Of a DNA stretch of 64,000 nucleotides, positions 1 to 11,373 are shown piece by piece. Every line of letters starts with the position of its first letter. Within the stretch, counting starts at the first letter, position 1. Origin of the DNA: Ramazzottius varieornatus. Taxonomy: Eukaryota; Animalia; Tardigrada. A program made the translations under genes and the position numbers. Below the pieces are notes generated by a model. It saw only the letters and a program-made list of their open reading frames with translations. It was not told the origin of the DNA and did no database searches. The stretch lies in the NCBI GenBank assembly GCA_001949185.1, contig BDGG01000004.1, forward strand, positions 397,620 to 461,619, written 5' to 3'.

Positions 1-1800
1 ACAAGCCAAGCGATTCACTTGGTGTCATGGAGGACGAACCTTCTTTTCCTGGTCCAAATGTTTCTTCTTCCGACCTCGCCAAGGCGGAAGAAGACCTGCG
101 CGCCTCCCTTCTGCACATGCAATGCAGAGCACCTTTTCAACATTTCTGGGGTCAAAAACGGTACCATAATGCCATGATTCATGCTGTGGAAGAAAGAGGC
201 TCGGCAGACGATGGTATCGGCGAAGACGATCTTCACGTTCGCGTGTTGTTCCTGCAGCCGACTCACCGCCGAATGGCCCCTTGTAAATTCTACCTGGACG
301 GCAAATGTCGATTCGACGAGAAACAGTGCCACTTTTCACATGGTGAAGTCTTTCGTTTGGACGAACTTGAACCTTACGTCCCACCAGATTTCGCGTAAGA
401 GTGATAGAGAGTTCTTATTCGAATTTATTCTTAATTACAATATTTTCAGAGCTCTGAAGGTTGGATCTGCCTGTCTCTGCATGTTAGAGGTGGAGGAAGG
501 ACTGTGGGAACATGGAACGATCGCTGATATAACTCCCACGACCGAAACAGAGGAAGGCGAAATAACGGTGCGGATCGACGGAAGGAAGAATATTCGAATC
601 GTTTCGATCGCCCAGCTTGTTCCCGACCCACCACCTGACAAGCCTGAAGAGGATGAGGAAGCGGACGGAGCAGATGAAACGATCGATATCGAAGGTCTGG
701 AAGGTGCAGATGCCGGTGAAGAAGAAGAACAGGAAGCAGAAATGACATTCGTCCCGCATTCAGCATGGTCGCAGTCTTCGCATGTTGCCCAAGTCGACAA
801 CAGTTTTGCCGGGTGGGAAGCCCACACGAAGGGCGTCGGGTCGAAGCTTATGAGCCAAATGGGCTTCGTGGTGGGACAGGGACTGGGGAGAAACTCTGGT
901 GGGAGAACCGAACCGGTGGAGGCGCAGGTGTTACCGAAAGGTAAAATGTAGTACTACCGGTCCGACCGAATATTCCATTCATTTTTATCAGCATTTCAAA
1001 AACAAAGGCTGTATCACGGTTTGCGAAGAAAGTTGTTGTGACCATAGACGTCTACTGATCGTAGTTAATCGGTTGTCCTGTCGGAGAGTGCTTTGTGGTT
1101 GTTGTCCTGTTGATGACGTTTTTCTACAGGTCGTTCTCTGGATTACTGTATGGCGCTTCGCGAGCAAAAAGATTTTCCAAAAGTCGCCAAGCCGAAGAAA
1201 AAACCGAAGCTCCTTAAAGGACTGGAAGCTAACGCGTTAAAGCGGAAACAGAAGAAAAATGTCTTCGACGTATTGAATTCTCATCTGGGTGGTAAAAGGC
1301 CGGTGAAAGCACCAACAGAAAAAAATGTACTCAATTTCAACCCGGAACTTGAGTTACGGAAAAACAAGGTCTCCAAAGGTTCATCCGGTTCTCAGGCGAA
1401 GAACTTGAATGTCGAAGTACGACTTCTCCACTGAATTCTGACTTGTGTAATATTTCACTAAATTTTGTTGTTGTTCCTTATTTTCAGGTCCTCAAGGTGC
1501 ACGATAAGATGAAAAGTCTGGAAAGGGAACTAATCGGTCTCCGGTCGTCTCACGAGAGAAGCCTGACCAGGTACTTTAGTGCGTATCTCTCCGTGATTCT
1601 ATTGTGAAATGAGGTGTGCTCTGTTTTTGGGTAGCGTCGGTAATCGATTACTCTGTTCCAGCGATAAGCGAGCTGCCGCTTCGCTAGCGTCCAAAATCAA
1701 GGCGAAAGAAACCGAGCTATCGGCCTTGCAGAAAACGGACACTACTCTGTCCCAGATGAAAGCCAGGGAAAAGGTGATGAAAGACACTGTGGTATTCTGA
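1..1800 (+). CDS. ZGPAT: Zinc finger CCCH-type with G-patch domain protein (5' partial). Exons about <1-394, 450-940, 1130-1416, 1488-1570, 1662-1800
   Basis: CCCH finger PCKFYLDGKCRFDEKQCHFSHG, Tudor-like segment (GSACLCMLE..GLWEHG), G-patch WEAHTKGVGSKLMSQMGFVVGQGLGRNSGGRTEPV then GRSLDYCM, and a C-terminal coiled coil ending ..TVVF*. GT-AG introns keep phase. The frame is open to the window start. Confidence 0.9.
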
Positions 1801-2162
1801 TTCATTGCGCCGATTGCGCTGAATTTCAATATTGTGGATATAGCGCAGAAAATCAGAATCATTCTTAGTTCTGAGGAATTATTCTCGGTTCGCTATTTCT
1901 ACTTATCACGGACTTAGTTTCTGTTCTTTTAAAAATTGGCGGATATTCAGCCACAAAAGTTGTTTACTCTTTTTAACATGAACAACATAGATCGGAACGT
2001 CGGCAGATCGACTCGGTAGGATGGTTTTCCAAACTTGCATTGAAGAGCCGCCGCTTGAGATAATAATCTTTATAAATTCATTTGCCGACGTACCAATTAA
2101 TTTACAAACCGTGGTTTCGTTCAAATTCAACTTTCTGAATGAAAGATGAATTTAGTGAGATG

Positions 2163-4412
2163 TTAGAATGGATATGATGGTTGGGTGAGCAAGCGATGTT
2201 GTCGGCGTAGGTGGCTACCCGACTCGTTATTGACAATTGCTGAAGGTCGCTGTCTATCAAATTGGCCGCTGGCTGGAGAGCGCAGAGGGTTGGCCGGATA
2301 CGGAAGATGCGGCGAATTAATTAGCGACTTGTCAATGGTAATTGGAAGCGGTGCTACTTGTTGCCCATTTCGGCCCAGACCTGGCAGTCGTCGGCGTCCG
2401 GGGACGTGTGACAGGTGGTACAACGCCAACTTGGTAAACTTAACCGTCGCTAAGCGTGGCATCACTTCAGGCTGCTGTCACGCAGAAACACCAACCATTA
2501 TTACACCGACAGTGACTGTTACGTAAGGTGTAGCGAATAAACGGATTGACTTACCGTCTGCTGGCGGTAATTTCTCTCTTGATTGTTACTGTGAGGTACG
2601 CGGTATGTGTTCGGAACGAAACGGGAAGGTTGCGAGAAGTCTGCCGGAATGTTGCCGGCTGTCGAGATGAATCCACGCGCAGCGTCGCGATCAACTACTT
2701 GACGGTAGCGAACTGCGCGACGATTTCTTGACGAGGAGATCTCATTCTCGGAATCGGGTGGCAGGCGACGCCGAGAGAGGCTTGGGGCCGACTTGATGAC
2801 GGGGAAGAAACGGTAGCCGGGTCTCCTCGGGCGAATTGTTGGAGCAACTGGCGTTGGAGTTTCCAGACGCTTCGTGGTTGGTACGGTGGAAGTCGAAGCA
2901 GCAGTTACCCTTGTGGTGGTGGTGGTGCTTGTGGTGTTTGATATCGTGGTTGCGTTGATCGTAAGAGAGGAAGAAGAAGCGTCCATGATGTCGATGTAGG
3001 GGTCGCTTTTATGGATTCGAGGTTGTGGACGGTTTAACCGTTCTCTGCTCATCGGCTCAGGTCTGAAATCAGCTTGTGGGTAGTTAAAGAATGGGTATAT
3101 TGCCGTTGTAGCCGTAGCGGAAGCCGACGTCCAGAATCTCTGTGGCATTGTCAAGAAAAACCTGGAACAAAGCAGCTCAGTTAACCTGGCAAACGTGTAA
3201 CAGCAATTGAATATCTAAAACTGCGGTTTAGATAGTTAAGATCCGTTGGGAACTTACCTTACGGCACTGATGCTAGGTCTAGATGTTGTGGAGGGCGTTC
3301 GGCTCGTCGTTTGGTTCCTGGTCGTCGCAGGAGTGTTGTACCCGACTGTAGGGATATGTACAGGAGTGACCAGTTCTTGTCGGTCCGCTCGCCCGTTGTG
3401 GTTGTTATGAATATAGATTGGCCCATTAGCATTTGACGAGGAGCGATAAACTGAATTGTGGGTATTCGGAGCAACCAAAGAAGGTTCGCCATTTGGCCGG
3501 AAATATTTCCGGGTCGGGCTGACATTTCTCTGGTTATTTGGACGATTTTGGTGCTGTTGTTGATTCACGGTGTCGATGTTGTAGTTATGGGTGGGATAGG
3601 CGTTGCTCTTCTTGTACCCGCTGAAAGACTGCCGTCCAGGAGTCGGAGACACACCTTGAGGTACGTTGTTTGAATTCGAGCGCTGGACAATCCGCGGTTT
3701 GTTCTCGAAGGGAAACAGATCCAGTTCGAATGTGTCGCGAAACTTGCCGTTATGGCACAAATCAACAGATTCCATTGACAAGATCCTAAGTTTGACATCA
3801 GACCGTTTACTCAGTTGGCTAAATATGGCACACGTTTCGGATACAGGTCAGATTCAGTCTAAATATTGAATATTTACCAATGTGGTTTGTGGTTCATGCG
3901 ACTCATGAATGACACGTGTGAATGATTGGTGTCGACGAAGAAAACACTACTGGACTCTCCCACGGAGGAATCTAAGGGCGGTAAGAGGAATGTATCGAGA
4001 ACCCCAGAAGTGGGTTGGGTCAGTTCTGTAACTGTTCTGGACAGGCCACCTTTTTTGACAAAGTCATAAAGCCTGGTCCGAACTGTCTCGTTGTAGTAAG
4101 GATCTTCCCGTCCGTCGAGCGAAACACCTGAAAAGAATACGGTTGAATGAAACCGTCGAAAACTGGAGCGAGTCCGCCTGGTTGATCACCTATCCCAGTT
4201 AGCCATCTCCATTGTACAGGAAACCCACGAGGAAGTAATCTTCCTGTCAAACCGGCGTCCGTCCACGTTCCTTGAATTTCCATCTTGTAGCGCGCCATCG
4301 TGTTGGGCGGACAGTTCCTTCTGGAGGCTCTCGCAGAACATAACAGAGTCATACAAATAAAAAGAGATAAGAGCGAAGATAAGTTTTTCGGGGTCCGAAG
4401 GTTGAAGTTCAT
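2163..4412 (-). CDS. Secreted protein with a divergent Spondin_N (mindin/M-spondin-like) domain and a long N/Q/T/P/R-rich low-complexity tail (multi-exon)
   Basis: Signal peptide (LLSLFICMTLLCSARA), then CPPNTMARYKMEIQGTW. The spliced continuation FFVDTNHSHVSFMSRM..W/ILSMESVDLCHNGKFRDTFELDLFPF matches the Spondin_N pattern (VSF...W....SLDLC..G.W....LDL.P). ORFs 3254-3781, 2519-3154 and 2163-2465 supply the tail. No TSR domain was seen. Confidence 0.75.
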
Positions 4413-4657
4413 CTTGCCGCTCCGTCAGGTCATGGTATCTCGCGAGATTGGTCAGTGGATCAGCTAGTTACTAATGGGCTCGGAATAACGCGAAATTCCA
4501 ACTAGCTTTTTCTCAGTGCTCCAGAATGATGTTCTGAATGTTGATAGTACTAGTGTTTGACTAACACCATATCAAATAAGGCAGTAGAGTCTTTGACTCG
4601 AAAAGCGTGAATTGATAAATATTTACAGTAAGATTCACGGTGGCTGGTGGACCCGTA

Positions 4658-4864
4658 CTGTATTACCTCTAATGTTTCGCGCAGTCACGTGTCAAATCAG
4701 TGATTTACACCCGGGGCCTCAGATCACTGATTGTTTGATTGTGGCGCATTGCTGAGCTTGATTGGCCAGGAATTGTTGATTGATGGCAGTGAAGTGTTTT
4801 ATCCCCGCAACGCAATATTTACTGGCCTGTCACGTGACTGCACGAAACCTTAGAAGTAATACAG
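4658..4864. mobile_element. Small MITE with about 34-38 bp terminal inverted repeats, flanked by TA
   Basis: cgTA-CTGTATTACCTCTAATGTTTCGCGCAGTCACGTG ... CACGTGACTGCACGAAACCTTAGAAGTAATACAG-TAcg, with 3 mismatches over 38 bp. Confidence 0.65.
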
Positions 4865-5547
4865 TACGATCAGGAACACTGGTCAGGGTCAGTACGCTGT
4901 TACGCTCCGTACTTTTGTATGTGACACATCGGTGGAATTAAACTCACGTATTTAGCTGGTACGCGCAGTCTGAGCCGGCCTTCAGTTACTTTAGTATGCA
5001 GCGGTTTGTAACTTTAGGTTACACACGTACAGCGGGACGCAGTACTTGCACTGCGCGAGCTCCTGCGCAGAGGGAGCCACGAGGGGAATTCTGCCGCTCT
5101 TTAATTAACCTTCCAAACCCGTGATCGATGTCAGGCTGCATCCCAGCCTGTTGGCTACTTCCGTGTTTGAGCTCAAGGTTGCTAGTAGGTACCTTTAAAC
5201 TATCAGCTAAAAATGACAAGTAACAATAAACGAAATTCTGTATCCGAACCTAAAGTTCTCCCAGAGGCTGTACTGTACATGTCGGAGTGGTTCCTTTTCC
5301 GCCAGCTGCAATCCGGATATTTCTGGGCCAGTGCTCTTTCGGTTACGTCAAGAAAGACTAAAGTTTCAAACCCTGCGGTCCATGCGGGATCACGAAGAAA
5401 CAGAACGAACACCACCACAGGTCTTCAGTTCGCAACGTTGTTGTCATACAATGACGTTCAAGTGGTCAACTTATACCTACTGTCACTGGAGCTAGGTTTG
5501 TTTGTCCTCGCTGACACATGAGCATCTCGCTAAACAATCATTTCCAG

Positions 5548-8500
5548 CTTACTGTTTGTCAGCCGCTTAGTTTCCTACGCCGCAGATGCATCCATCGCTT
5601 TGTCGATCTCACAATCAGCATTTGTACTGTCAGGTTCCCGACCAACCGGCTTGCCTGTTCATTAGTTCTGTGTGATCTTGGCAGGGAAAACAGCTGTTGC
5701 ATGGGGGGACGATGTGACAATAAACGATGATCATTTCTCCATGGACTCGACCGTCTTTTTACTGGATACTATGTGGGTATCTGATGTACCTGCTCGAAAC
5801 ATGTAAATGTTTCTTCCTTGATCCAGCATGTGCACAAGGAGCCGAACATTCACCCCATAGACTTTGTCTGGATTTATTGCTCGAAGCGGATGCCAAAGAG
5901 ATGTAAGTTCTGTGTCGTCGGCGCGCGCTACATTGGTACTGTGTCTTAACGTGTTTGAGACCCGCATACCAAGGTCGAGAGCGTAATTGAGAGAAGATGG
6001 ATATTGGCTTGCCATTCGTTTCACGTGGCAATACCATTCAACTACGCTGACTATGACATAATTCTTTCTGGAATTGTTCTGGACTGAGCTTCCTGAATAT
6101 TGCTGGAGCAACTTGTCGCATTCGATTTTCACATTCTAGACTTTTGTCGGGGAGAGGGATTACGCAAATTCCGGACGCCGCCTTTGCCAAGTTTTCCAGT
6201 GCCAAAATTCTGTAAGATCATGCAGCACGTAGAAACTCTCTCCATCAATTACAGTGTCATCGTAGAAAATATCCTGATATTGCTATTTGTGGTGTTACTT
6301 TCAGAGATCTCAGCTATAATTTACTGACTTCCTTGTCGCCTGCAGTTTTGGTGGAATTAGAAGTTACCACACTGTGAGTTTTCACTCACACTTTTTATAT
6401 CAGTCTGTCAAAACACTACGACTCTTTTCAGGAAACTGAATGGTAACCAGCTCGAATCGTTGGCCGGTTCACCACAAGAATGGATCGCTCTTTTCCAAAA
6501 GATGAAAGAAGTGTAAGCTCATCCTTCCAACCATTATTCAACATCATATCAGTTCATTTAATACTTTTATAACCTGAGAAGGAGCTGGGTGTTCGCTCAA
6601 TTGTCCCCTCCCTCTCAGGTATCTCGGCCAGAACCGGTTAGTCTGCAACTGCTCCTCCACCTGGTTGGCACTCTTCCTCAAGACAGACCGAGACCAGATC
6701 ATCCAAGACGGCTCCACACTTTTCTGCCACCAGCCATTAGAGTGGCACGGTTTCCCACTGAGCACAATGCCCGCTCACATCGACGCGGTCTGTAAAGGCA
6801 AGTCCCTTAGCCGGGACTATTGCGGCACCTCCTCTCGTTTCCCATGCTCCATCCCGGCTGACGGGTCTCTTGCCCGCCCAGCATGTATCCCGCAGTCCAG
6901 GCTATGTAATAACATGGCGGATTGTGCAATTCCTGGGGACGACGAGAACCCTTTCGTCTGTACCATCCACCATCAGGCACAGATACAGAACAGCAACCGG
7001 ATATTTAATTTATTCAATAACATGAACAGTCAGGCCGGGTGGCCTGGGTATCCCGTACTGTCGCCACCGGTGCCAGTTGGTACACCGTCACCACTATGTC
7101 GCAAAGGCTTATTCACGTGTGGGGATCAAACGTGTATTTCTTTGACTAAAGTATGCAATGGTATACTCGATTGCCTGGATGGTGGTGATGAGGATAAATT
7201 GATGTGCAGCGCAACTACCACCACGACGTTATTGACATTACCACCCGTTACGCAAGCTGAGACCTCCACCGAGACGGTGAACACTGTGACAATGGATCAT
7301 TCGACGGTATGGTCAGTCGTAGAAGAGTTACGCGGGAACTTGACCTTGAACTGGCCAGCAGTGAGACTTGACACGGAAATGGCCACTAGTACGGAAGAGC
7401 CACTTGGTCTAACTAGTTCGACAGCAACGACTACCACCATCAGCACCACCAAGACAGATACGAGTACGGTGAAGACTACGGGAGGGAAGAGTGTAGGGGG
7501 AATAAAGATTGTGAGACTACCGTTGGACAGCCATTCAACTTCGGAAGAGAACGTGGTGTATCAGACGGCACCGGAATCTACCACGGTGGCAACACATGCT
7601 ACCATTACGTTTCCGGCCATGTTTGGTCCGCAGTATGTCAACCACTTTGAAGGCAACCATGCCGCACATGCCGAACCGACTACGCCGTCACGCCCGACCA
7701 GTAGTACAGAAGCGCGAGTGAAAATAACGAACAGAAAAACGGTCACTACTGCTCTGGCAATACCAGACAAAAACGAGGTCCAGCACAGCGAAAGTAAGAC
7801 TACGCATGAACTTTCCCGGTCGTGATTATGGAGTACATACTGACCTTGTTTTTCTCCAGATTACTTACGACCACAACGATTGAGACTGATTCGCAGTACT
7901 CAGCCACATGACGTCACGGTGGCTTGGGACACTCCGGATACTTCTCAGATTGGTAGCTGGTCCTTAGTTGCTTTCATTGTAGCATGGGAGATACAACGGG
8001 TTGGGGCGGTGAAGAAAGTGAAGACGTCGCCGTTGCTCTCCACTCTGGTTCATGAGTACGTGTTCCATAATATCCTGCCCGAAGACTCACTAAACATCAC
8101 CGTAAAGGGTAAGGAAAGTTCGTTACTTGAATGGAAGACACAGTTTGAAAAGGAACCATCGTAATTGTAGCAATGTACGAGGACCGGGATAAGGTTCAGT
8201 ACGTCTTCAAGAGCGAACCGCTTCTGCGCATTAACGCGCCAACTGTCATCGACAAGAAAGAGATCTTTTCCTCCACAGCCCAGCAGACGGTGAAGGAACC
8301 AGGAAGTATGAGCTTCGAAGACACCATGGGTATCAGTGTGGGTGGCGCTCTCGCGGCCTTGATGGCGTTCCTTCTTGCACTGTACCTGTTCAAACGGAAG
8401 AAACGAACCGGCTTGGCGTCTTCCAGCGGTACCAACGTCCGCGCTTTGCGTATGCGAAAAGTCCAGCGGTGAGGCCTTCACTACATCAGTGTCGGGTATT

Positions 8501-9183
8501 ATCAAGAATATAAAATTTTGACCCGTTTTCTTATTCCAGGACAATTCCGCCAGTTAAAAATTCGTCCAGCGAACCCATCTATCACGAACCTCAATACGCG
8601 CACAATTTCAATATTCAAAACGGAATGCAGCAATCTGGGTATCTGCAGCAGGCAGTCGAGCTTGCACCAGAACCGACTTTGCGGAGACCACGCCCGGCCA
8701 ACGGTATACCCAATGCGACTTTTTCAAATATCAACACAACTCAAAGTTTTCTACAAATTTACAGGAGGCACTTCTACGACTAACCCGGAAGATGGCTACG
8801 TACAAATTTTGGACTCTTCCGAGTCAGGCTACTACGGACCAGCAGCAGGACCTCTTCCCATGTTGTCGGACTACAGCTGTTACTCAATGGCCGCTGCACG
8901 AATGGGGCCACCGTCATCCATGCTAAGACCGGGTCCAAACTCAGACGGTAGCTCAATCGCCATCTATACGGACACAGACAACTGCAGCATGGGTTACTAT
9001 TACCACACCGCCCAACAGCCACAGACCTTGGAGGTCATGACCGCTCGAGGTGGAGGGATCGGCATAGTGAGACCTCAACTGGAGATGGCCAAAGATGTCA
9101 GACGGTTCGGCGACACCCTAGCTCAAGGATACAGAAGAGAGAACCGCACTTTGGTACAGCAAAATATTTACACTTGCGCATAG
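5548..9183 (+). CDS. Single-pass receptor-like protein: LRRs, LRRCT, 2 LDLa, Thr/Ser-rich stalk, FN3, TM and Tyr-motif cytoplasmic tail (start codon not resolved)
   Basis: Single-LRR exons LLSGRGITQIPDAAFAKF (~6140-6212), DLSYNLLTSL (~6305-6373), KLNGNQLESL (~6432-6512) and YLGQNRLVCNCSSTWL (LRRCT, from ~6619). LDLa repeats CIPQSRLCNNMADC..DDE and FTCGDQTCISLTKVCNGILDCLDGGDE. FN3 VTVAWDTP...ITVK/AMY with intron 8109-8170. TM GISVGGALAALMAFLLALYLF followed by KRKK. Stop at 9183. Confidence 0.75.
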
Positions 9184-10267
9184 CAAGAACTTTCTTGATT
9201 TCAATACAGCATATTTGGGAGGTGGGATCCCGCAAAGCAGGTGGTATAATTTTGCCACATAACGCAGGTGCCGCTCGCATCAGCAACCAGGGAAACATGT
9301 CACCTAATGAGGAATTAAGCTTCTGGGCGTCGTTCAAAGTAAAACCCGGATTATGATAAAAGGTGTGATGGATAGGTTTCAGTCCCCAGTCGTACTTTCC
9401 CATTCCTCTTTCGACGTTCAAAGCATCTCGGTTTACCCAGCCCGGCATACAAATTTAATCGTCCAGTATGACTACCGTGTCATTATGTCTGGCCAGTATC
9501 TGCCAGGGAAGGACTCCGCTGTTGCAGACCCAGCAGTTGGGGATGAAATTTGTTTCGTATGACTCCTTCAGGATCAACTGCGGATAGCGTGAGTGCGGTG
9601 TTTGACAGCCTAGAAATCCGGCATTGACATTGAAACCGTCAAACGCAGGTTCTGTTCATAGTATGCAACGATTTGGCCGCAGTGAGTTTCGTACGGATGT
9701 ACCTTTCAGTGTCAAAACATCAAAGTCCATTGAGATACCACCGTATTCTTCGACGGCCTTCAGCTTGCGAAGATCTGCTTCGTGTTCAATTTTTTCGATT
9801 CGTTTTCCACTGGCATTCACGTGTAACGGTGCGTTGATGAGTTCAACACTCGTCCAGTCTATCGTTATGTTGAGAAGTATTTCGCAGTTAGCGAAAGGCC
9901 AGAACCAGGGGGCACTTGTATGAACGTAGATGCTTGCCGGTTTGAGGTTTAGTACTATTGCAGAGTAGGCGCCCATGCAGTCCAGAAATCCTAGACTGTC
10001 ATCTGCATTGAGTGAAAGGTTTGATAAATGGTACAAACGGACGTAGTGAAGCAGTATTTCGTCGGGTTTGGCTCTGACAACAGCACTGCTCGGTGGTTCG
10101 TTTCCTGGATCGAGCTCAGTATTTTCGACATCGCTGTTCATTGATTTAATCCATGACAAATTAGCAGTCCATCCCCGATGTAATCCGTAGATTTTCAACG
10201 ATACAACGACGACGTACCCTATCACGAATAGTATTATGGCGCAGAAAGGTGGAACAACTTTTATCAC
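9098..10267 (-). pseudogene. Intronless glycosyltransferase family 32 (DXD sugar-binding) type II membrane gene disrupted by two in-frame stops
   Basis: N-terminal TM anchor and the motif EHEADLRKLKAVEEYGGISMDFDV. After TGA 9656-9658 the same frame continues with family-like NVNAGFLGCQTPHSRYPQLIL..SY...CWVCNSG. A TAA follows at 9455-9457, then ORF 9098-9448 in the same frame. Confidence 0.75.
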
Positions 10268-11231
10268 ATCAATTTGGGACAGCCAATTATGGCGACCCCG
10301 ACGTCCTGTTTTGGCTGTTTATGCTGCATGTCTGGCGATCGAAACTTAATGCAGACCTCGTGGTATGGTAGAAAACCTGCGATTTATGAGAGCGTAAAAC
10401 TGAAGATTATATGGCACATATTGGAGGAGTGCCGCCAGGAGTAAGATAAGGTCCGTTTATATCCTGAGGCAAGCTCCGAAAAGCAGAGTAGAGGTATTTG
10501 CCCAGTTCCGAGACTGTGAGACCTGCACATCGCATAACCCTCAGTCACAAAGGATCACAAGGTGCCAAGAAGCCTTATTCCAGTGCCACCAAGCCGAAAG
10601 AAGCAGCCTCCTGGTCAAGAGGACCAAGACACTGCCCGTCCAAAGTTTTACGAGCAAGTGGTCCTGACTACTGGAACGGCCGAGCGAGCGACAGTGTCAC
10701 AGCCATACGAGAATTTTATTTCAGTCTGCAAGGCAGTCGCTAATTCTGGAGCACGTCGCACTGGGTCAGCCCCACTCAACTCTTGTCTGACAATCCTGTG
10801 CCCCCTTTGGTGTCAATGCGGAGGCAGTCTGGTCCCTGATTCTTGGGCATACGGGTGTCTTGTTGGTGGCGTATGCGGTGAACTGGGTGCGGGATTGACT
10901 GAGGTAAACTTCATACGGATCACCGTCACGTGGTTTGTGGTGCGTTGGTGGCGTCCGAATTTCAACTGTTCAACCAAGTTTCACCGAAGGGCTCCAGAAG
11001 GGGCGTTTTTCGGACGTGTAGGAGCGCTTTGATCTGTAATGACACCTTCCCCTAACATACTCCTTCCCCTAACTCGAGGACCTAACAGCTTCGTCCGCGA
11101 AGAACTCTTTTCCCTAAAGATCGCAGGCTGCTCCGAAGAACACTTTCTCATAGAAACCACGTCGTCGAAGAACTGCAATCCCGAGCAACCTAGCATCCGA
11201 AAGCTCGTTCCTCGAAGAACTCTTTCTACTA

Positions 11232-11373
11232 AGAGGAAGAAGTCCTTACTTTTTAGCGCATACAACTTTGTTAGCATACGTCACCTGAAATCCGTAGGCA
11301 CTTTGAGCCTGTGAAGTAGGCATGACGTATGCTGGCAAAGTTGTATACGCTAGCAAAGTAGGACCTTTTCCTC
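11232..11373. repeat. Imperfect inverted repeat (hairpin) with 30-bp core arms 11254-11283 and 11323-11352
   Basis: TAGCGCATACAACTTTGTTAGCATACGTCA versus TGACGTATGCTGGCAAAGTTGTATACGCTA (27/30 Watson-Crick). The match extends more weakly for about 20 bp outward. Confidence 0.85.

Noticed and set aside
9644-9670. C-I-L-TGA in the GT32 gene as a CxxU selenocysteine or read-through site
   Set aside because: A second in-frame stop (TAA, 9455-9457) follows and no SECIS was identified. Ordinary nonsense decay is simpler.
10981-11277. Gypsy reverse-transcriptase remnant (ERVLRG..FFDDVV..GEGVITD)
   Set aside because: The resemblance is limited to a few residues, no flanking pol domains or LTRs were seen, and the DNA is partly explained by short repeats and a hairpin. 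A profile search would be needed.
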